A stretch of 64,000 bases of DNA. It comes from Candidatus Poribacteria bacterium. Lineage in GTDB: Bacteria; Poribacteria; WGA-4E; PCPOR2b. The notes beneath the pieces are model-generated. The model was not told where the DNA came from. It worked only from the letters and a program-made list of their open reading frames with translations, and searched no databases. Below, piece by piece: positions 23,179 to 33,806 of this stretch. The translations under genes and the position numbers were made by a program. How positions within the stretch are numbered: the stretch's first letter is position 1; the number at the start of each line of letters is the position of its first letter. The stretch spans positions 3,232,001 through 3,296,000 of the forward strand of contig OZ242351.1 in NCBI GenBank assembly GCA_965208675.1, in the 5' to 3' direction.

Positions 23179-26100
23179 TCACTTCAACATAGTACAATCG
23201 AATACCATACCGACGCTTCCCTCGAACTTCACTCGCACGCGGTCTTTATCGCGGGTAAGCTCAATAGGAATATCGTAAGTTACATCAAAAAATTCACCGG
23301 GGTGATTAATGTTGAGGGTTTGCCTAGCAATACGCGAATCCTCCACAAAAATGTCAAAAGTACGCCCATCCTCACTGCCCCAGTAGGTAACGCTTAGCGT
23401 CATCGGTACGTCTGCAAGAACAGCCAACTCGTAACTAAACCATCCGCCTTCTGATGTGTTTCGCCAGTGTCGGCCCATGTATTGTGAAGCTGAACTGTGT
23501 TCGCTCTCGAGCTTATGTAAATATTCGGACTCAATATTCGAAATCACCTTGACGGTATCGACGGTTCGCCTCAATTTTTCCTTTCTTTGTTGGTCTTCGG
23601 CTAAATAGTCTGCATGGGCTTTGCTGCCTCGTTGGTATACACGCCAATAAAGCGCGTAGCGATCATCAAATAGTTGATAAAACGGGATGAGCGCCACGTC
23701 TTCATTTTGCCCCACGGTGCGAAAGGTCAGCCGTTTTCCTTCGACGGGCTGTATCCATTTATTAAGGTCATCCGAATCGGCAATGAGAACCGGCGCATCA
23801 ACCGGCTCCATCATACTCGCCTCACCAGCTTTGACGCGGGGGACATCTTCCTTACCCAATTCCCCTGCCAACACCAACGGGCCATACATAATGGCGGTGA
23901 GTGTTTCATCGTCCGGCATGGGGTGGAGATGTAAACACATCGGCAAACGCAGTTTCAACGTGTCGCCATCCTCCCATATACGTTTGATCGTCAAAAAATC
24001 TTCGTGGCCGGAAGAGACCTGTAGTGAATTGCCGTTGAGCAACATCTCGCCGCCATGTACTGCCCAGTAAGGTATGCGAAAATGTATGGAGAATTCGATA
24101 GGGTTCTCTAATGACAGTACAATATGGGTGTAATCCTCTTCAGGAAAGTTGGTTTCCTGGCGTAGGCGGAGTCCTTTTTCTCGCCACGACAACTCTGATG
24201 CTATAAACTGGTTTATGTAAAGTTCCTCGCCATTATGGAAATAAATGCTGTCGCCAGATTTGGCGAATGACTCGATTCCTGTACCTACACAGCACATGAA
24301 GGCGTCTTTTCGTTCTGGGGTGTCGTCGCTTTCAGGCATGCTAAAGCATTTGAAGTAGCCTGAAGCCATAGGTACATACCACATCAACATGCCGTCATCG
24401 GGATTTTGCGTGGGGAGAATCCCGTTGAATAACGCTCGTTCATAGTAATCCGCATATCGCGCACCGGCAGTCCATCCAAAAAGATGGCGCGTAAGTTTCA
24501 ACATGTTGTAGGTCGTACAGGATTCATGCGTTCGATTGCTTAGTTGGCACGACAATTCATTCGACTGTTGCCAGTGTTCATGATCCGTTGATCCGCCGGT
24601 AACATACGAGCGGGTATTGACAATTTGATTCCAAAAGAAATCAACAATGTCGTGATAACGCTTCTCGCCAAATAGTTCATACCGGTGGGCAGCGCCAAGA
24701 ATTTTGGGTATAGTCGAGTTGCCATGAAGCCAGATTAAGATGTCATCGTCGCCTTCAGCTAGCGGGTCAAAGACTCGGTTATGCTCAAATCGCATAGCCA
24801 ATCTCAGATGATCCCGGTCTTGGGTTACGGCATACAGTTTCAACAGCAGCCCCTTCATCCCGCCGTGCTCAATATTTAGAACCTCCTGCAAATGATCTTC
24901 ATCCAATCGATTTATACGCCATTTTGCCCACGCGGCCATATTTTTGAGCACGTCCAACGCTTGTTGGTTGCGAATAAGATGGTATACATTATAAAGCCCA
25001 TCCATTATTTTATGGATGACGTACCATGACACTCTCGAGATGCCGATACGCCCAGGCTCACCGGCTTCGATGTCGTCAAAGTAATCTTCCGGAAATGCGC
25101 TGAGATAACCGCCTTTGATGTCCTGTTGGCATTTAGCCAATTCCGCTACTATATAATTGGCTTTGTCCTTGAGCACTGCATCGTCGTCGCTGATATACAT
25201 TAAGGCGCAGGCTGTGAGGTAATGCCCAATGAAGGCGCCGCGGAGGATAAAATCCGGACTTTCCCATCCGCCGAGCGGCTCGGCGGACGACGGCATACCC
25301 GCCGTTACGCGAAACATGTGCAGCAAGCGGTCGGCATCTAGTGCATGAAGGTATTTGCCGTCTCGCAGCATAGCATCTTTAAACGGGCCATCGTGCAAAC
25401 GCACGTGCTGCAAATCAAATGGTTGGGCTTGTAATTGTACGGGATTGGCACTTGGAACGTTGTCGCTGCGGACAGATGCTTTTTGGCCAGTTGGATAGAA
25501 CGGGTAAAAATCATTATTGGGAGTAATGTCAAACACTTCATCTCCCCGCCAACTGAGAGTGTATTCCATTTTGTCAGTGATTTCAACTTCTTGATATACC
25601 GGTAACTCGTATGATAAGTCAATATTGCCCGGTAATTTTTCTTTCGGGATAACGATAAAATCACCAATTTTGTCTGGTGCATACTCTTCATCATTTACGG
25701 ACACGCGAACTGTGTCTTTGGGCGTCCACCGGGGTATCCTTATAAACGTATTTTCCTGGTTTTTGGGACTGATTTTGACCTTCGCCTGATGCGATCTCGT
25801 ACCGGTGATTTTTAGGTTTTCATCTTCGTAATCGAGATGAAAGTATATGGTTAATCCTTTATCGTCGGCTACGGCGATATGATGGTAGATATCAATGAGC
25901 GAGTGTAAAGCCGCGGCGGTGACATCGGTGACGGATTGTTTGCCCGCATGCGGCATGGCGTGCAGGCCGCCAATAGCGCCGATAATCCGCTCTCTCACAT
26001 CGGCCTGTGCACCATCCGAATTGGACGGTTCCAGCGGAGGACTATCGGTAATCTGCGAAGGAATGAGGCGGGCTCTGACGTTATGTTCGACATCGTCGAG

Positions 26101-27075
26101 AAACTCGCTGTAGCCGTGGCGAACGGCGAGCCAGAGTGCAATCTGAGCGGCGTCGCCTGGAGAAGTTACTTCACCTTTGTGGGCACTATCGTCTCCGAGG
26201 TCATGGCATGTGTAACCAGATTTTTTGACAATCTTTGGTATGGTTTCTCGATAAGTGTTAGCGACCACATCAATATACTTGTGTTGACCGGAGATTTCGC
26301 CAAAGCGCAACAACCCGCGCAGCGTGTTGAGATAGGAGTGCGTATGTCCGCGCATGATGAAAGGGTCTTCTGTGGCGTCCCACCTTGCGTGGTAGCGTCC
26401 ATCTGGCCTGGTGGTTTGAGCCAGGTGATATCGAGCGAATTTCTCCGCTAGTTTCAACGCTAAGGCGTCCTTTGATATTTCATAATACTCAATTAGCGCT
26501 TCTATCAGGCGGCCGTGGGATACAACTGCGGAAAGCGCCCAAGCAGATTGGATTTCGGGGCTGCCTGCTTCTCTATAACGATGGGTCGCTTCGACATTCC
26601 AGATGCCTCTGCCAGGGTCAGTCTCCCAATGTTCGTAGGGATACAGAATATGGTCGATGGACTCCAACATCAAATGCGCTTTTTCAATCGCCCATTGGTC
26701 GTTACGGTATTTGATAAGTCCGGTGAGGGCTAGGAGGCTTTCTCGAGGAGAATGGAAGTCGAGGATTTCGCCATCGACGCGGGGCATGTCGAGCGGGCGG
26801 AGGCACAAATGATCCGGATTGTCGTAAAACCTCTTTAGGTTCTCCAGCATGGCTGCTTCTATATCCGGCGGAATTTTGAAGCCCGTCGCGTCTTCCAGAC
26901 GGAGCAAAGCATCCCACCATCGGCCGATATTATGACCCGGACCGAAGAAACGGATTTCTGAACCGTAGTCGTTACCCACGAAAATCCAGAAGTTGGGCAA
27001 GTAGTTTTCATCCGGCGAAAGCATATGAATTAAGTTGTGCCCTGCTAAATTCATGGACTCCTTCAAATTCACCAT
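23179..27075 (-). CDS. Tandem GH127/GH146 (beta-L-arabinofuranosidase-like, DUF1680) fusion protein
   Basis: C-terminal ~760 aa has GGWE, GYLSAFP, ESCTTYNMLKL, MCCVGTG, RIPYW and YGPLVL; N-terminal ~530 aa has a second divergent copy (GHTHS, IRIPRW). Confidence 0.75.
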   Translation of the reverse strand: MVNLKESMNLAGHNLIHMLSPDENYLPNFWIFVGNDYGSEIRFFGPGHNIGRWWDALLRLEDATGFKIPPDIEAAMLENLKRFYDNPDHLCLRPLDMPRVDGEILDFHSPRESLLALTGLIKYRNDQWAIEKAHLMLESIDHILYPYEHWETDPGRGIWNVEATHRYREAGSPEIQSAWALSAVVSHGRLIEALIEYYEISKDALALKLAEKFARYHLAQTTRPDGRYHARWDATEDPFIMRGHTHSYLNTLRGLLRFGEISGQHKYIDVVANTYRETIPKIVKKSGYTCHDLGDDSAHKGEVTSPGDAAQIALWLAVRHGYSEFLDDVEHNVRARLIPSQITDSPPLEPSNSDGAQADVRERIIGAIGGLHAMPHAGKQSVTDVTAAALHSLIDIYHHIAVADDKGLTIYFHLDYEDENLKITGTRSHQAKVKISPKNQENTFIRIPRWTPKDTVRVSVNDEEYAPDKIGDFIVIPKEKLPGNIDLSYELPVYQEVEITDKMEYTLSWRGDEVFDITPNNDFYPFYPTGQKASVRSDNVPSANPVQLQAQPFDLQHVRLHDGPFKDAMLRDGKYLHALDADRLLHMFRVTAGMPSSAEPLGGWESPDFILRGAFIGHYLTACALMYISDDDAVLKDKANYIVAELAKCQQDIKGGYLSAFPEDYFDDIEAGEPGRIGISRVSWYVIHKIMDGLYNVYHLIRNQQALDVLKNMAAWAKWRINRLDEDHLQEVLNIEHGGMKGLLLKLYAVTQDRDHLRLAMRFEHNRVFDPLAEGDDDILIWLHGNSTIPKILGAAHRYELFGEKRYHDIVDFFWNQIVNTRSYVTGGSTDHEHWQQSNELSCQLSNRTHESCTTYNMLKLTRHLFGWTAGARYADYYERALFNGILPTQNPDDGMLMWYVPMASGYFKCFSMPESDDTPERKDAFMCCVGTGIESFAKSGDSIYFHNGEELYINQFIASELSWREKGLRLRQETNFPEEDYTHIVLSLENPIEFSIHFRIPYWAVHGGEMLLNGNSLQVSSGHEDFLTIKRIWEDGDTLKLRLPMCLHLHPMPDDETLTAIMYGPLVLAGELGKEDVPRVKAGEASMMEPVDAPVLIADSDDLNKWIQPVEGKRLTFRTVGQNEDVALIPFYQLFDDRYALYWRVYQRGSKAHADYLAEDQQRKEKLRRTVDTVKVISNIESEYLHKLESEHSSASQYMGRHWRNTSEGGWFSYELAVLADVPMTLSVTYWGSEDGRTFDIFVEDSRIARQTLNINHPGEFFDVTYDIPIELTRDKDRVRVKFEGSVGMVFDCTMLK

Positions 27076-27102
27076 TGTGTAATCCTCCCCCTTTCAGTAA
27101 AA

Positions 27103-28077
27103 CTACCCAAAGGCGACGCCCAATTTGACGCTCCGTTCAGGGTGCTTGTCCATCTCTATGTAAGCTTCAACTGAATCTTCAAACGGCACCACCGGGTCAA
27201 CAACGTCTTCGCAGTCAAATCTGCCGTCTTCCAGCCACTTCCAGCAGGTTTCGAAGATACGTTTGAAATCCCAACGCGGATGATCGCGGTTCGGATCGCT
27301 GTTGGCGCGTGCGAAGATGATGTTAGGAATGTTGACATGTGCGACAGCACCGAGGTCAAGTCCGCCTGTACACATTTTCGCGCGTCCAGCGTAGACGATT
27401 GTCCCTTCAAAAGCGACGCCGCGAAGCGCATCATCAAGGGCTTCGTACACTGCACTCGTTTCTACAGCCACATCAACGCCAAGTCCGCCAGTCGCTTCTT
27501 TAAGTACCTCGCCGGTATTTGAGTCAGCGGGATCAATGACAAGCTCCGCCCCAGTCTTTTCCGCGACCTTCCGCCGTCTTTCGAGCGGGTCTACGGCAGC
27601 GACAAAATCAGCCCCCGCAATGCGTGCCATCTGCACCGTCATCAACCCTATTGCGCCAAGTCCAAAGACAGCCACCCGATCGCCAACGCGGACCTTTCCA
27701 TCACGAATCGCAGACATTGCGAAGTGCGCCGGATCATAGCAGACCGCCTCTTTCCACGTCATCCGGTCAGGCATCTTAACGACATTCCCAGCAGGCAACG
27801 TATGCGTCTCCCTAAGATGTCCGTGATTGGAGACGCGTTCCCCAATCTCGCAACCTTCAACCTCTTCCCCGATTTCAATAATTTTTCCGACGTACATATT
27901 CCCAAGGCCCATCGGAAAAGTTTCGCCGTCGTGTGCGTAGTATGCTGTGAGTTCGGTGCCGCGTTTGGGTGAGCCGAACTCGACTTGAACCCGCACACTG
28001 TCCGCAGGAATGGGACCATCTTCATACTCTCTCAAGACCGGCTGACCGGGGGCAACCGCGACTAATTCTCTTGGCAT
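27103..28077 (-). CDS. MDR-superfamily (zinc-binding alcohol dehydrogenase-like) oxidoreductase
   Basis: GroES-like N-terminus and Rossmann GLGAIG. Confidence 0.85.
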   Translation of the reverse strand: MPRELVAVAPGQPVLREYEDGPIPADSVRVQVEFGSPKRGTELTAYYAHDGETFPMGLGNMYVGKIIEIGEEVEGCEIGERVSNHGHLRETHTLPAGNVVKMPDRMTWKEAVCYDPAHFAMSAIRDGKVRVGDRVAVFGLGAIGLMTVQMARIAGADFVAAVDPLERRRKVAEKTGAELVIDPADSNTGEVLKEATGGLGVDVAVETSAVYEALDDALRGVAFEGTIVYAGRAKMCTGGLDLGAVAHVNIPNIIFARANSDPNRDHPRWDFKRIFETCWKWLEDGRFDCEDVVDPVVPFEDSVEAYIEMDKHPERSVKLGVAFG

Positions 28078-28092
28078 CTCTTTCTCCTTAAA

Positions 28093-28119
28093 GTAGTAGG
28101 CACTCGCCGTGTGCCGTAA
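28093..28119 (+). repeat. GTAG-type REP-like palindrome, family shared with 51773-51872
   Basis: GTAGTAGGCACTCGCCGTGTGCCGTAA versus GTAGCAGCCACACGCCGTGTGCCGTAA at 51773. Confidence 0.6.
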
Positions 28120-28497
28120 ACCTAAAACAGGCCATTAATTGATGCGGAATCTGCGATTAATGCATCCGACGGTGAATTGCTTTCCTCGCCTCTTGACACA
28201 CGCCATATTATAGCACGATGCGGGGATTTAGTTAAGACGATTTGTGTACGTGTAACAGCCGCTTGTTCAACAACTTTCGAACCGGTTTCTTTTTCCCATT
28301 ACGCAGGAATGATATAATCGCCGGACTCAATGCAGCATCGAATTACATTGTTTAGGTGTGTACGTCCAAGAACTTGGTAAGCTTTTCAGTTTACCTTTCA
28401 CCGTAATCGTGCTAAAATGGCAAAAATTCCGGTGTATCAATTGAGGTCGGACAGCAATTGTAATGTGACAAACCGATAAAGGAGAAACGCACGCAAA

Positions 28498-29472
28498 ATG
28501 AGACGAGTTGGTTTTGGTGACTTCGTTTATGAAGAAGTTCGGGAATGGGGACAATTTCCTGCGGACTGGCCGTTCGAAGATAGTCCTGGCGTTGCTGTTG
28601 ATTCACAAGACAGAGTTTACGCCTTTACCCGCGAGACAACCGGTATGGTCGTTTTAGACGCAGACGGCGCCGTCTTGCAGACGTGGGGGAGGGACCAATT
28701 TAAGCGGCCGCACGGCATATTCATTGGTCCGGATGACGCGATATACTGCGCTGACGATTGGGGGCATTCGATTCGGAAATTTACGACTGACGGCGAGTTG
28801 CTCATGGAAATCGAGACCAAAGACCATCCTGCGGATACCGGCTATGTGTGGGGGGACCAGGCATCAGCCGTACGGCGCGGAGGCCCGCCGTTTAACTTTC
28901 CGACGTGGGCAACGCTATCCCCGGAAGGCGATTTGTACGTAACCGACGGCTATGGCAACGCTCGGGTACATAAATTCACCGCCGATGGCGAGTTGCTCTT
29001 TTCGTGGGGTGAACCCGGCGACGGCCCGGGCCAGTTTGTCACGCCGCACAGTGTCTGTGTAGATAAAAGCGGTTTAGTTTATGTTGCTGATCGGCAGAAC
29101 CTTCGTATTCAAGTTTTTAATTCGCAAGGTGAATTTATCAATCAATGGAGCGACATTTATTGGCCTTGCGATATGTGCCTCGATCCTAACGAGAATATGT
29201 ATGTCGCGGAGGTCGGCGGGGTGTTCATGAGCTCGGGCAAAGTTCCCGATCACGACAATCCGTCGGCGCGAGTGACCGTGCGCAACTTGAATGGTGAAAT
29301 TTTGTCTGAATGGGGGGCAGCCGATCCACTTGGAGAAGGTAGATACTTCGCACCGCATAGCATCGCCATTGACTCGCAGGGAAGCCTTTATATCGGTGAA
29401 GTTTCGACATCATACACCGGCGGCGCCGCACCCGCTGATTGGCACGCGTTTCGCAAATTCGCTAGAATCTGA
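28498..29472 (+). CDS. NHL-repeat beta-propeller, peptidyl-alpha-hydroxyglycine amidating lyase (PAL)-like
   Basis: PHGIFI, DGYGNARVHKF, PHSVCVD, ADRQNLRIQVF. Confidence 0.85.
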   Translation: MRRVGFGDFVYEEVREWGQFPADWPFEDSPGVAVDSQDRVYAFTRETTGMVVLDADGAVLQTWGRDQFKRPHGIFIGPDDAIYCADDWGHSIRKFTTDGELLMEIETKDHPADTGYVWGDQASAVRRGGPPFNFPTWATLSPEGDLYVTDGYGNARVHKFTADGELLFSWGEPGDGPGQFVTPHSVCVDKSGLVYVADRQNLRIQVFNSQGEFINQWSDIYWPCDMCLDPNENMYVAEVGGVFMSSGKVPDHDNPSARVTVRNLNGEILSEWGAADPLGEGRYFAPHSIAIDSQGSLYIGEVSTSYTGGAAPADWHAFRKFARI

Positions 29473-29557
29473 CAAATCGGTTACACTTTCATCAGCCCAA
29501 CGTTGAGCGCAAGAAGAGGCGTACCTGACCGAGAAAAAGGTGCGAAAAGAGGAATCC

Positions 29558-30790
29558 ATGTCTGAAAGCGACAGAACCACATTAGATCGACACCTGCTTT
29601 CGCCCGATTTCTATGCGAATCCGTATCCGATTTACCACCAGCTTCGCGACGCCGATCCAGTACATTGGAGTGATGCCTGGAACAGTTGGGTGCTTACACG
29701 CTATGATGATGTCACCGCCACCTTGCGTGACTTTTCCCGCTTCTCAAATGTGGGCAGGATTGACCTGTTTCTCGAACAGTTGCCAGAGAATGGACGCGGT
29801 AAATTGGGTCCCCTCAAGGGGCACTTTTCAAGGGCGATAACGCACTTGGATCCACCGGATCATACGCGAATCCGGAAGTTGTTGAAAACAGTCCTTTCGA
29901 CGCGCTTAGTTCAGAGCATGCGCCCGCGTATTGAAGCGCTTGTTGACGAGCTAATCAGTAAGGTCAAAGACGCCGGGCGGATGGATGTCATTCGCGATTT
30001 TGCCTATCCACTGCCCGCCATCGTGCTCGGTGAAATGCTCGGCATACCGCCGGAAGACCGCGACCAATATAAGAGATGGTCAGACGATATCGGCGTAGGA
30101 CTTGTTGGAACAGGCCGCGCCGCGCTGGACAACGTTGAGCGGGCACGCCAAAGCCTATACGAACTGACACATTATCTCCGCCCACTTGTCACAGAACGCC
30201 GCCAACAACCCCGGAACGACCTCATCAGCAATCTTATTGCCATTGAGGTGAGGGGCGATCGACTCACCGAAAGCGAGCTGTTTTCAACCTGTATTACACT
30301 CATCCTCGCCGGGCACGGGACGACAACCAACTTGATTGGCAACGGTTTATTGGCGTTACTGCGCCACCCTGACCAACTAGAAACTTTGAGAAGCGACCCG
30401 GCTTTAATAGAAGCGGCTGTGGAGGAACTGCTGCGATACGATAGCCCGCTCCAGCGGATTTGGCGGATGGCTAAGGAAGATGTCGAGATTGGCGGCAATC
30501 AGATACGCAAGGGACAGATTGTCTTACCGACGATGGGCGCCGCAAATCGTGACCCGGCAGAATTTTCTGAACCTGACCGGCTGAATATCAGGCGGCCGGA
30601 TAATCCACATGTTGCACTCGGCACCGGTATCCATCTATGTGTGGGCGGACCGCTAGCACGCGTGCAGGGCGCAATTGCCATTAATGCGCTGCTTCAACGC
30701 CTGCCTTCGCTGCAGCTTGAGACGGAAGCACTAGAGTGGGAAGCAAATCTGTTTCATCGCGGCTTGAAATCGCTGCCTATTGTGTTTTAG
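29558..30790 (+). CDS. Cytochrome P450
   Basis: DPPDHTR, AGHGTT I-helix, EELLRY, GTGIHLCVG heme ligand. Confidence 0.95.
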   Translation: MSESDRTTLDRHLLSPDFYANPYPIYHQLRDADPVHWSDAWNSWVLTRYDDVTATLRDFSRFSNVGRIDLFLEQLPENGRGKLGPLKGHFSRAITHLDPPDHTRIRKLLKTVLSTRLVQSMRPRIEALVDELISKVKDAGRMDVIRDFAYPLPAIVLGEMLGIPPEDRDQYKRWSDDIGVGLVGTGRAALDNVERARQSLYELTHYLRPLVTERRQQPRNDLISNLIAIEVRGDRLTESELFSTCITLILAGHGTTTNLIGNGLLALLRHPDQLETLRSDPALIEAAVEELLRYDSPLQRIWRMAKEDVEIGGNQIRKGQIVLPTMGAANRDPAEFSEPDRLNIRRPDNPHVALGTGIHLCVGGPLARVQGAIAINALLQRLPSLQLETEALEWEANLFHRGLKSLPIVF

Positions 30791-30812
30791 GGGCGGTGGC
30801 GTATCAATCGGC

Positions 30813-33188
30813 TTAATTCAAATCCGGCTTGAGCATCAAGGTGTGTACGGGCGGGCCCGGCAGGAACGCGTGAACTTCTCCTTTCACCCAGTGCTTATGC
30901 CCATCCCTGTAATTTCGCGACAGTGGGTGCCCCGACTGACCGCCGGGCATGTGTAATATGCCGTCTGCGTGCTGCCCCGGTGAGACGACGAATCGTTCAG
31001 ACGCACCAAAGTCCGGTTTCGTGACGCGGACGCAAAACGTCCCTCCCGGTTGTAAATCTTGCGCCATGTTCAAATATTTGCCCAATACCGGGATGCGCCG
31101 CCCCAATGGATGGGTGATATCCGCCGCGTTGATTCGGCCCCAAGTCAGTTCATCAAGCGCAATTATATGGTATTCACGATATAACTGTTGCAACACCTCT
31201 TCCAGCTTGACGCGTATCCACACCTCCCAATTTGGGTAGCTGGTATCCGGAATCAGCTCGGGCACCTGCGCTGTGAGCATCATCCGAAGCGGGGGTTCGA
31301 TGGTACGCCATGTAAAAACGAAGTTATCATCCACTTCTTTACAGCGTGCCAAGAACGGCGTAAAGACATCAGTCGCTAAGCGCTGGTGGAAGTGAACAAG
31401 TACACCGTAGCTGACGCTGTCCTCTTCTGCTTTACCGCTCCACGCTTCGATGTGTCGTCGCACGGCTTTCAGCTCTGGCTCATTCGCAATAGCCTCGATC
31501 GTCAGCACTGAAAGCGCTAGCTGTTGGTAAAAATCGTAGAAGCGGCTGGTCGTATCCAACTGGAGTTGGAGCATATCTCCTTCCGTAATCTGATCCATTT
31601 CACTTAGGCGTTCGTTGATTCGGTAGGCGCGGTAGCTGTTTGAGTAATTGTGACCGATTATATACGGGTAGTCTTTCCCTAGCGTCCGATTGTTCGCTGT
31701 TACCAAGAATCCCGCAGGCGGATCTATCACGCGCGGCAGCTCTTCCGGTGGAATGTAGCCTTCCCAACCGGTTTTTCCATCTGCCCAAGACTCGCTCGTA
31801 GCGCCGTCAAAACCCTTTCGAACGGGCGTCCTGCCGCAGTAGGTCCATGCAATCCGTCCGGTGTTGTCAGCTATGGCGGCATTAAGCGGCGGTCCCCCGG
31901 AACGATTCATGACGCGAATCGCGTCTTCAAGCGTGTCGGCTTCATCAATGTGTAACAAGCCGATGTCAACTGCTTGCGGCTCAAGTGCGGTCCAGTGTAT
32001 CGCAACAGGTTGACGCATCAGCGCGGTTTCGCTGACGGGACCCCAAATTGTCAGCTTAACAGGATGTTCAACCGCCGCGCCGCCTTTAACCCGAATGGTT
32101 TCGTTCACAACCTCAAAGCTTTTCCAGCCGCCAGGTGTCATATACTCTTCCGGATTTTCGGGGTTTGATTCTAAGCCGACAAGATCAAGAAAATCGCCGC
32201 TGATGTTTGTGAATCCCCACGCCACATGCCCGTTAGAACCGGCAACCACGCCGGGGACGCCCGGCATAGCCACGCCCGACATTTCAACATCACCATAGCG
32301 AAGTGCGGCGCGGTACCAGATGTTTGGAACGCTAAGCCCCAGATGCATATCGTTGGCAACCATGGCGCGTCCGTCGCTCGTCTTCGACTTTGCGGCAGCC
32401 CAGTTGTTCGATCCGACACGCGGCTGTATCTGAACCAACCCTGCGCTTTTGCCGGTCGGCGCGGATTCGCCGCGGACTGAAGCCAGCGCTTCAATAGGAA
32501 TCGGTCGGATGGGGCGATGAGAGTGCTTCCCGCCCAATAAAACAGTCGTATAGCCGTCTGTATCAGGGGTCAGAAAATCCACAACCTCTGGCGGAAGCGA
32601 TGCCGCCATGACGCTCAACATCCTTTCATCTTCCTCGCTATGCCGGGTTAAATCCTGAAATATATTCAGCATCACCAGGATGCTGTCTTCGACTGTCCAG
32701 GGCTCGGGTCGATAACGCAGGACAAGAAATTCAAAAGGCAGGACTTTTGCCGCATTGATATAGGCATTTATGCCTGAAGCGTAGCTGCGGAGTATCTCTT
32801 TTTGGTCTTCCGGGAGATTGGCGGCGATGGCTTTCGCCGCACGCGCAAAACCGATGGTGCGTTGACTTCTATCGAAACCCAACGCCCCTTTGCCGAGGAT
32901 TTCGCTCAGCCTTCCGGCAGCGCGCCGGCGTAGGATATCAATTTGCCAGAGGCGGTCTCGGGCGGTTATATATCCCAATGCCAGCGTAGCATCCAGACGT
33001 GATTGAGCGGCAATTGTTGGTATGCCGTATCGATCCGAAGTAATCTTGACCGATGATTCCAAACCCGGCACTCGCGCCTCGCCATCAAGCTTCGGCAGCG
33101 ACGCACGAATTAAAACTAGGACAAAGATTGCGCCGCCGACGGCGATAACGAGTAACAATAAAACAACCGTAAAAATGATTCGGAGCAT
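30813..33188 (-). CDS. Penicillin acylase family Ntn-hydrolase with N-terminal membrane anchor
   Basis: DRYGIP, DRLWQ, GSNNW nucleophile, NDMHL, GGQSG; start could extend to 33236. Confidence 0.92.
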   Translation of the reverse strand: MLRIIFTVVLLLLVIAVGGAIFVLVLIRASLPKLDGEARVPGLESSVKITSDRYGIPTIAAQSRLDATLALGYITARDRLWQIDILRRRAAGRLSEILGKGALGFDRSQRTIGFARAAKAIAANLPEDQKEILRSYASGINAYINAAKVLPFEFLVLRYRPEPWTVEDSILVMLNIFQDLTRHSEEDERMLSVMAASLPPEVVDFLTPDTDGYTTVLLGGKHSHRPIRPIPIEALASVRGESAPTGKSAGLVQIQPRVGSNNWAAAKSKTSDGRAMVANDMHLGLSVPNIWYRAALRYGDVEMSGVAMPGVPGVVAGSNGHVAWGFTNISGDFLDLVGLESNPENPEEYMTPGGWKSFEVVNETIRVKGGAAVEHPVKLTIWGPVSETALMRQPVAIHWTALEPQAVDIGLLHIDEADTLEDAIRVMNRSGGPPLNAAIADNTGRIAWTYCGRTPVRKGFDGATSESWADGKTGWEGYIPPEELPRVIDPPAGFLVTANNRTLGKDYPYIIGHNYSNSYRAYRINERLSEMDQITEGDMLQLQLDTTSRFYDFYQQLALSVLTIEAIANEPELKAVRRHIEAWSGKAEEDSVSYGVLVHFHQRLATDVFTPFLARCKEVDDNFVFTWRTIEPPLRMMLTAQVPELIPDTSYPNWEVWIRVKLEEVLQQLYREYHIIALDELTWGRINAADITHPLGRRIPVLGKYLNMAQDLQPGGTFCVRVTKPDFGASERFVVSPGQHADGILHMPGGQSGHPLSRNYRDGHKHWVKGEVHAFLPGPPVHTLMLKPDLN

Positions 33189-33437
33189 ATTTATGTTTCC
33201 ACAACGTCGGTTTGAAAATTCAGAGTCCGTCCACAAGAGAGCCCAATTTGAGATAACCGATAGATATTATTGCACAATCGAGGGGGATTTGGTAGGGAGA
33301 ATTGGAACGGTAACGCTGGCGACAATTCAATTATTGAAGGGAGTGAGACCGGTAGGTGTCTGCCCCTTTTTTGCCAGAGTAAAATCAGGAGGGAAAAGCA
33401 ATGTGAAATGGCCGGCTTCGGAGTGAATCAACATTGA

Positions 33438-33515
33438 TGGTTACCTTTTTCGAAATGCACCGATCCGCTTGTGGTGCGGGTTCATTGGATTCGTGAGGTA
33501 ACCAAAAGGTAACCA
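33438..33515. repeat. Nested inverted repeat at the left edge of the accessory island
   Basis: TGGTTACCTTTT...AAAAGGTAACCA (12-bp perfect IR) enclosing a CCGC..GCGG hairpin. Confidence 0.55.
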
Positions 33516-33806
33516 AAAAAAAAAGATCTATAACTCTCGCTAATCGAGAAGCGGTTGATGCAATATCATTAGGTGGAGCGTTTGAAAATCGTAGCGTTTG
33601 TTGAAACGGCTATGGGAATTGCAAGGCTAGTTCAGGGGAAGTGTCCCAAACAGATTCACGTTTCAGGAGCCGAAAAGTATAGAGAGTATCTGAATGGAGA
33701 CATTGTCCTCAAACTTAATATTTATTCAGTAAATATGTATTTATATGGAAACTACACCAGCGTATGTACAAATGTAAGATTCACTATCTGGGGGACTGTT
33801 ATATTT

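Noticed and set aside
33240-33800. tRNA/tmRNA integration site at the island border
   Set aside because: No cloverleaf or T-loop GTTCRA...CCA pattern was recognised by eye
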